A stretch of DNA of 64,000 bases from the human T2T-CHM13v2.0 reference genome, Homo sapiens. Location: assembly GCF_009914755.1 (NCBI RefSeq), contig NC_060936.1; one strand, written 5' to 3'. Below the pieces are notes generated by a model. That model ran no database searches. It had not been told where the DNA came from and worked only from the letters and a program-made list of their open reading frames with translations. How positions within the stretch are numbered: the first letter of the stretch is position 1; each line of letters opens with the position of its first letter. Below are positions 60,050-64,000 of this stretch, piece by piece. Position numbers and translations under genes: made by a program.

Positions 60050-63000
60050 GTATAGTATCAAATTTCTTTTCACCTAACTATGGCTGTGCCTTTGAGTTGG
60101 TTATTTCCTTTGTCTTTCATTTTCCAAGTGTTTCTTTTCTCTTGTGGATTTGGAAACTTTCCATTTAATGGTGTTTTTAGAGGCAGTTTCATAGCTAGTG
60201 CTTTAGAGAGTGACTTCAAGTGATGGAGGAAGGCTAATAATGCAAGAAATGATATTTTCAACGTACTTATTATCTTCTCCCAAGTACTAAGAGAGCTGGT
60301 GTGTTTAGGTTGTACTGAGAAAGTGTTATTGCTTACTATTTGCTTTCCTTTCCATAGGTTAAGATTTTATAAGGTATAACCAAGACCACATATTTAAGTT
60401 GATTATTTGATGCTTTAGTCTTTCTCAGAAATCTAAATGTAGGTTCTGATCCTCCCCCTTGCATAAAAGCCCTTATAAGTCAGTAAAATAGGCAACAAGA
60501 CACATTAATATCAAAAGAGAAGAAGTCTGGCTTCACAGTGAATTTTAATCAAACAAACATATAAGACTCATCTTTTAACAGATACATTAGTGCAATGAGT
60601 AGGCAAACCAGAGACTCTGTGAAGTCTTCTCTGAGTCAGTGCTTAACAAATTAAAGACACTATAATTATTCTCTTTTATCCCAAGATAAACCACCTCTCC
60701 TTTCTCCTATTCCCTCTCTATCCTTTCCATCCCACTCGTAACCCTCAACCCATGTAAATTCTTAGTTTCCGCTTATTAGGAGTTATTTGAGCTATGTTTT
60801 TTCTGGGTTCCATTTGAAGATTTCCATCTGAAAATTGGAAAAGCATGCCCTTTCCTTGTGACATGGTGACATTGACATGCTGTGTTTTCTGCTTGGCATC
60901 TTCTGGAGTGTGATGTGGATCATGCAATAGGTGTTCGAGGATAGACTATCTTTATCTGCAAAATTAGATACTTTTAAAAAACATACATTGTGCCTTGTTG
61001 ACATGCAAGTAATGGGTTGTCAGAAGGTGAAAGAAATGATCAGTTCCCAATTAGACAGGACATATATGGCCTGTTTCTTGGCAAATCAGGTCTGAGTAGG
61101 TAGTGTTACTTTTAGCATCCCCAATGCCATCAGCCTTAGTAGGATCTTATAGAGTGTGTCCTAGAAATAAAGACTTTTTGGGGGAAAGCTGGCAATGACT
61201 CTAAGCACTATTTTCTTAAGACTGCCACCATTTAGATATTATCAATTGGCTATCTCTGACAAGTATTTGAAGCTAAGATAGAGGAATCCTGCTTCTTTCT
61301 TTCCCGAATTATAGAAGTCATCATTCTAAATTAGTCTTACTAGCTTTTTTCATTCTATAAACTATATTTCCTTATCAGTTTAATATTGATATCTCTTGAT
61401 TTGAGTCATTAAAATACACCACTTGAGAAATTTCATATTTCTAAATTAAAGTAGCAATTACATTAGGCATTTCTTACATCCCAGGGTGTGTGGACACATT
61501 CAACTATGATAGAAAACTCATGAGTACTCATACATGGTTGATATCTTTGTATCTCAATATGTATTGTTAGTTTTGTTTAGTAGATAACTTCTATAATGGT
61601 AATGGTCATATATGTAGCAAGCGCCAGAATGCTACTATAACAATAGGAAAATAGAATTATGTTACATTGTGGAAGTGATGTTAGATTTCAGGAAGTACCT
61701 TCTGTTGAAATCAACAGCCATGATTAGTATTGTTACTGTCTTGGCTCTCTGTCATGGAAAGTTTCTGTACTTAAGCCTTACATCCCTAATTATAATATTC
61801 AGCCTTTGGACTTTGCTTATAATATTCATAGGAATGGTATGTTTTTGTAGTCAGAATAGTCATCATTGTGAAATTTTGTTGTATTTCTTAAACACTGCTC
61901 ATTATAAGTATAAATGTGTGTTTTTCAAGTAGCATCACATCTTCCCCCTTCGGATAGATTTGCATCTGTTTTTCTCTTAAATTTTCCTTTTTTAAAGTGA
62001 AAAAGTGTGGTGAGATATTTAATGTTACTTTAAAATATTTGTGCAAATGATCTCTATGGAAGTGGTGGTAAATAAAGTACTCTGCAAGCAGGAGTACCCT
62101 TTGTACTCTGTGGAGCGATCCATAGAGCTCAAAGAACTTGTTTCCTAAAAACAGTTGTAAAAAATTTTTTACCAATCAAGCTTATAAAGTCAGCATCTGA
62201 AAGGATTGCTTACTCCCCTACACCTGAATACCATTCACCAGTCAGAGTTCCCAAGATCTCAGTCTGCTTTTCTTGTGATGCATTTATTCACAACAGTTGC
62301 TACTATTGGCAGAAGCAGAGAACTTACTCTTCATCCAGTTGGCTCTAGTCCCATTGTCAAAACTTTAAGTGGATTCTGATTAATGCACCAAGGTAACCTG
62401 TAATCCTTTACTGGAATCTGAAACCAAGAATTGTATGGAGCTTACATTCAGGCTATGGGAGACAGTTAATATCACAACAAAGCTTTTTGTGTCAAAATAA
62501 ATGTATTTAATGGACTGGAAATGGCTTTCTGCAATTAGCACACTTAGAGAAAATATACTCATAGAATTGAGTTACATGCCACATAAATTTTTGGTGTATG
62601 TCTAGCCAGGTTTGTTGAAAGTTTTCAGATAAACTTTAGTCCTGTGTCAAAGGGAAACCAAATTTCTAAATTCTAACCTTTATACCTGTTTCTTTAATGC
62701 CTCTGAGAATGGAGGTCCCTTGACTGTAAAGGTGATATAACTGGCTGGTATGGTTTATACATTATTCTAGACATCAACTGAAAGATGTGTGTCTAATGAC
62801 ATTTGGCTCCTTTTAGATGAGTGGCTTTCACAGGGTGCATAGGCATCTAGAGGCCCAAAGAGGTATCTTTAAAAGGCTGCTTTGTGGAGGGATAGGAGGA
62901 ACAGATGGTCAAAAGTGAGCAGAACCCTAGGGAGCCTCCTTGCACACTTAACACACCACACCAGTTCATAATCAGATCGAAAAGCTTAAAACCATTGTAC

Positions 63001-64000
63001 TAATAAACTCAGGGGTGTTTCCTTCTTGACCATATTTTTCTCAGCTGTAGCTATGCCACCAGCTGTATAAACAGTTTCTTCAGCACAAGGCAAGATACTT
63101 TTTCTTTTATTTGTCAAGATTTTGCTATGCTGCTTCAGTCAAGTCTTTTTATAGTTGTCTCATTATATTGGGCTTTATAAATTTATTTATTTTTAATATT
63201 AAATATTTATTGAAGTAAGTGACCCAGAAACCAGGACATGAAGATTTTTCTCTTTGCCCAATTTGGGCTGTGATGATGTATTTATGTAAAATAGCATTTC
63301 TGGGAACTAGAACCTGTTACTGTAAGCAGTCATAAAACGTATCTAAATTCAGAGTTCTAAAAGACCAGAGGTAAAAGAGGCCAGTATATTAGCTTAACTA
63401 CAGTACTGAGTTTTGCTCCAGTGTTTATTTGCTATGGATTCACAATCGTCAGTTTTCTATATCCTTTATGTCAAGGTTATTACTCTTAATCAAACGGCCT
63501 GACATGGGAAACATTTAAAAAGCACTATAATTTAAAAAGGCATTTTGAGGTCTTTTTTGTTTTATTGCCTAGATGCAATTTGGTATTCCTGTATGTATAT
63601 ATATTCAGTATGTATAAATTTATGTGGCTAATACATGGTAGATACATAGTAAATATCAGATAAGTAAATGAAAGAATGACACCATATTACACTGGTTCTT
63701 TCTATTGCAAATGTAATGTGAAAACCTGAATTAGGTTGTGCTTTCATAATTTACCCTATTTCTTTTATGGAGAATCAGTGTATCATTTATATGGTAATTC
63801 TTAAATTACTTGAGACATTTTCAGAAACTGGTATCTCTTCAAAATATATCTGAATTTAAAGCACACGCCACAAAACCACCTATTTGTTGCATGGTTTTTT
63901 TAGTTAATGAAGATTACACATGCATCTCCATAGTAAGGATTTGACTGAATAGAGTAACTTACCTCCTGGATCATCTGAGGCCTTCTGTGTTGCCTATTTC

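Noticed and set aside
60050-60060. Possible U12-type donor at exon 8 (GTAT...)
   Set aside because: The U12 consensus is RTATCCTT and the sequence is GTATAGTA; a bulged U1 register explains it better.

Overview
AT-rich, repeat-dense primate genomic DNA (AluJ/S/Y present; most likely human) lying entirely inside the RIC8B gene (synembryn-B, Galpha(s/olf) chaperone/GEF) on the + strand. Six coding exons can be read with canonical AG/GT boundaries and mutually consistent phases: 14330-14938, 25361-25455, 42225-42453, 43488-43583, 51086-51230 and 59905-60049. These are exons 3-8 in the usual numbering (from memory); the start and stop codons lie outside the window. The introns hold about 27 Alu elements, L1/L2/MIR/CR1 fragments, MaLR LTRs and DNA-transposon fossils (MER2, MER5A, MER1B, MADE1, Tigger4, MER102, and a Charlie element with a readable BED-finger remnant). 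Nearly all other ORFs in the track are repeat-derived or random. I found no demonstrably new biological system. The most promising leads are at the RNA level, all untested inferences: an exon-8 donor that fits U1 snRNA only with a bulged base; a strong upstream branch point/T21 tract competing with the exon-7 acceptor; a 4-nt tandem donor at exon 4; an in-frame stop-free FLAM exonization candidate; exon circles with stop-free endless ORFs; an 81-nt near-perfect hairpin; and a local duplication embedded in a deleted L1. Repeat boundaries and subfamilies were called by eye and are approximate.
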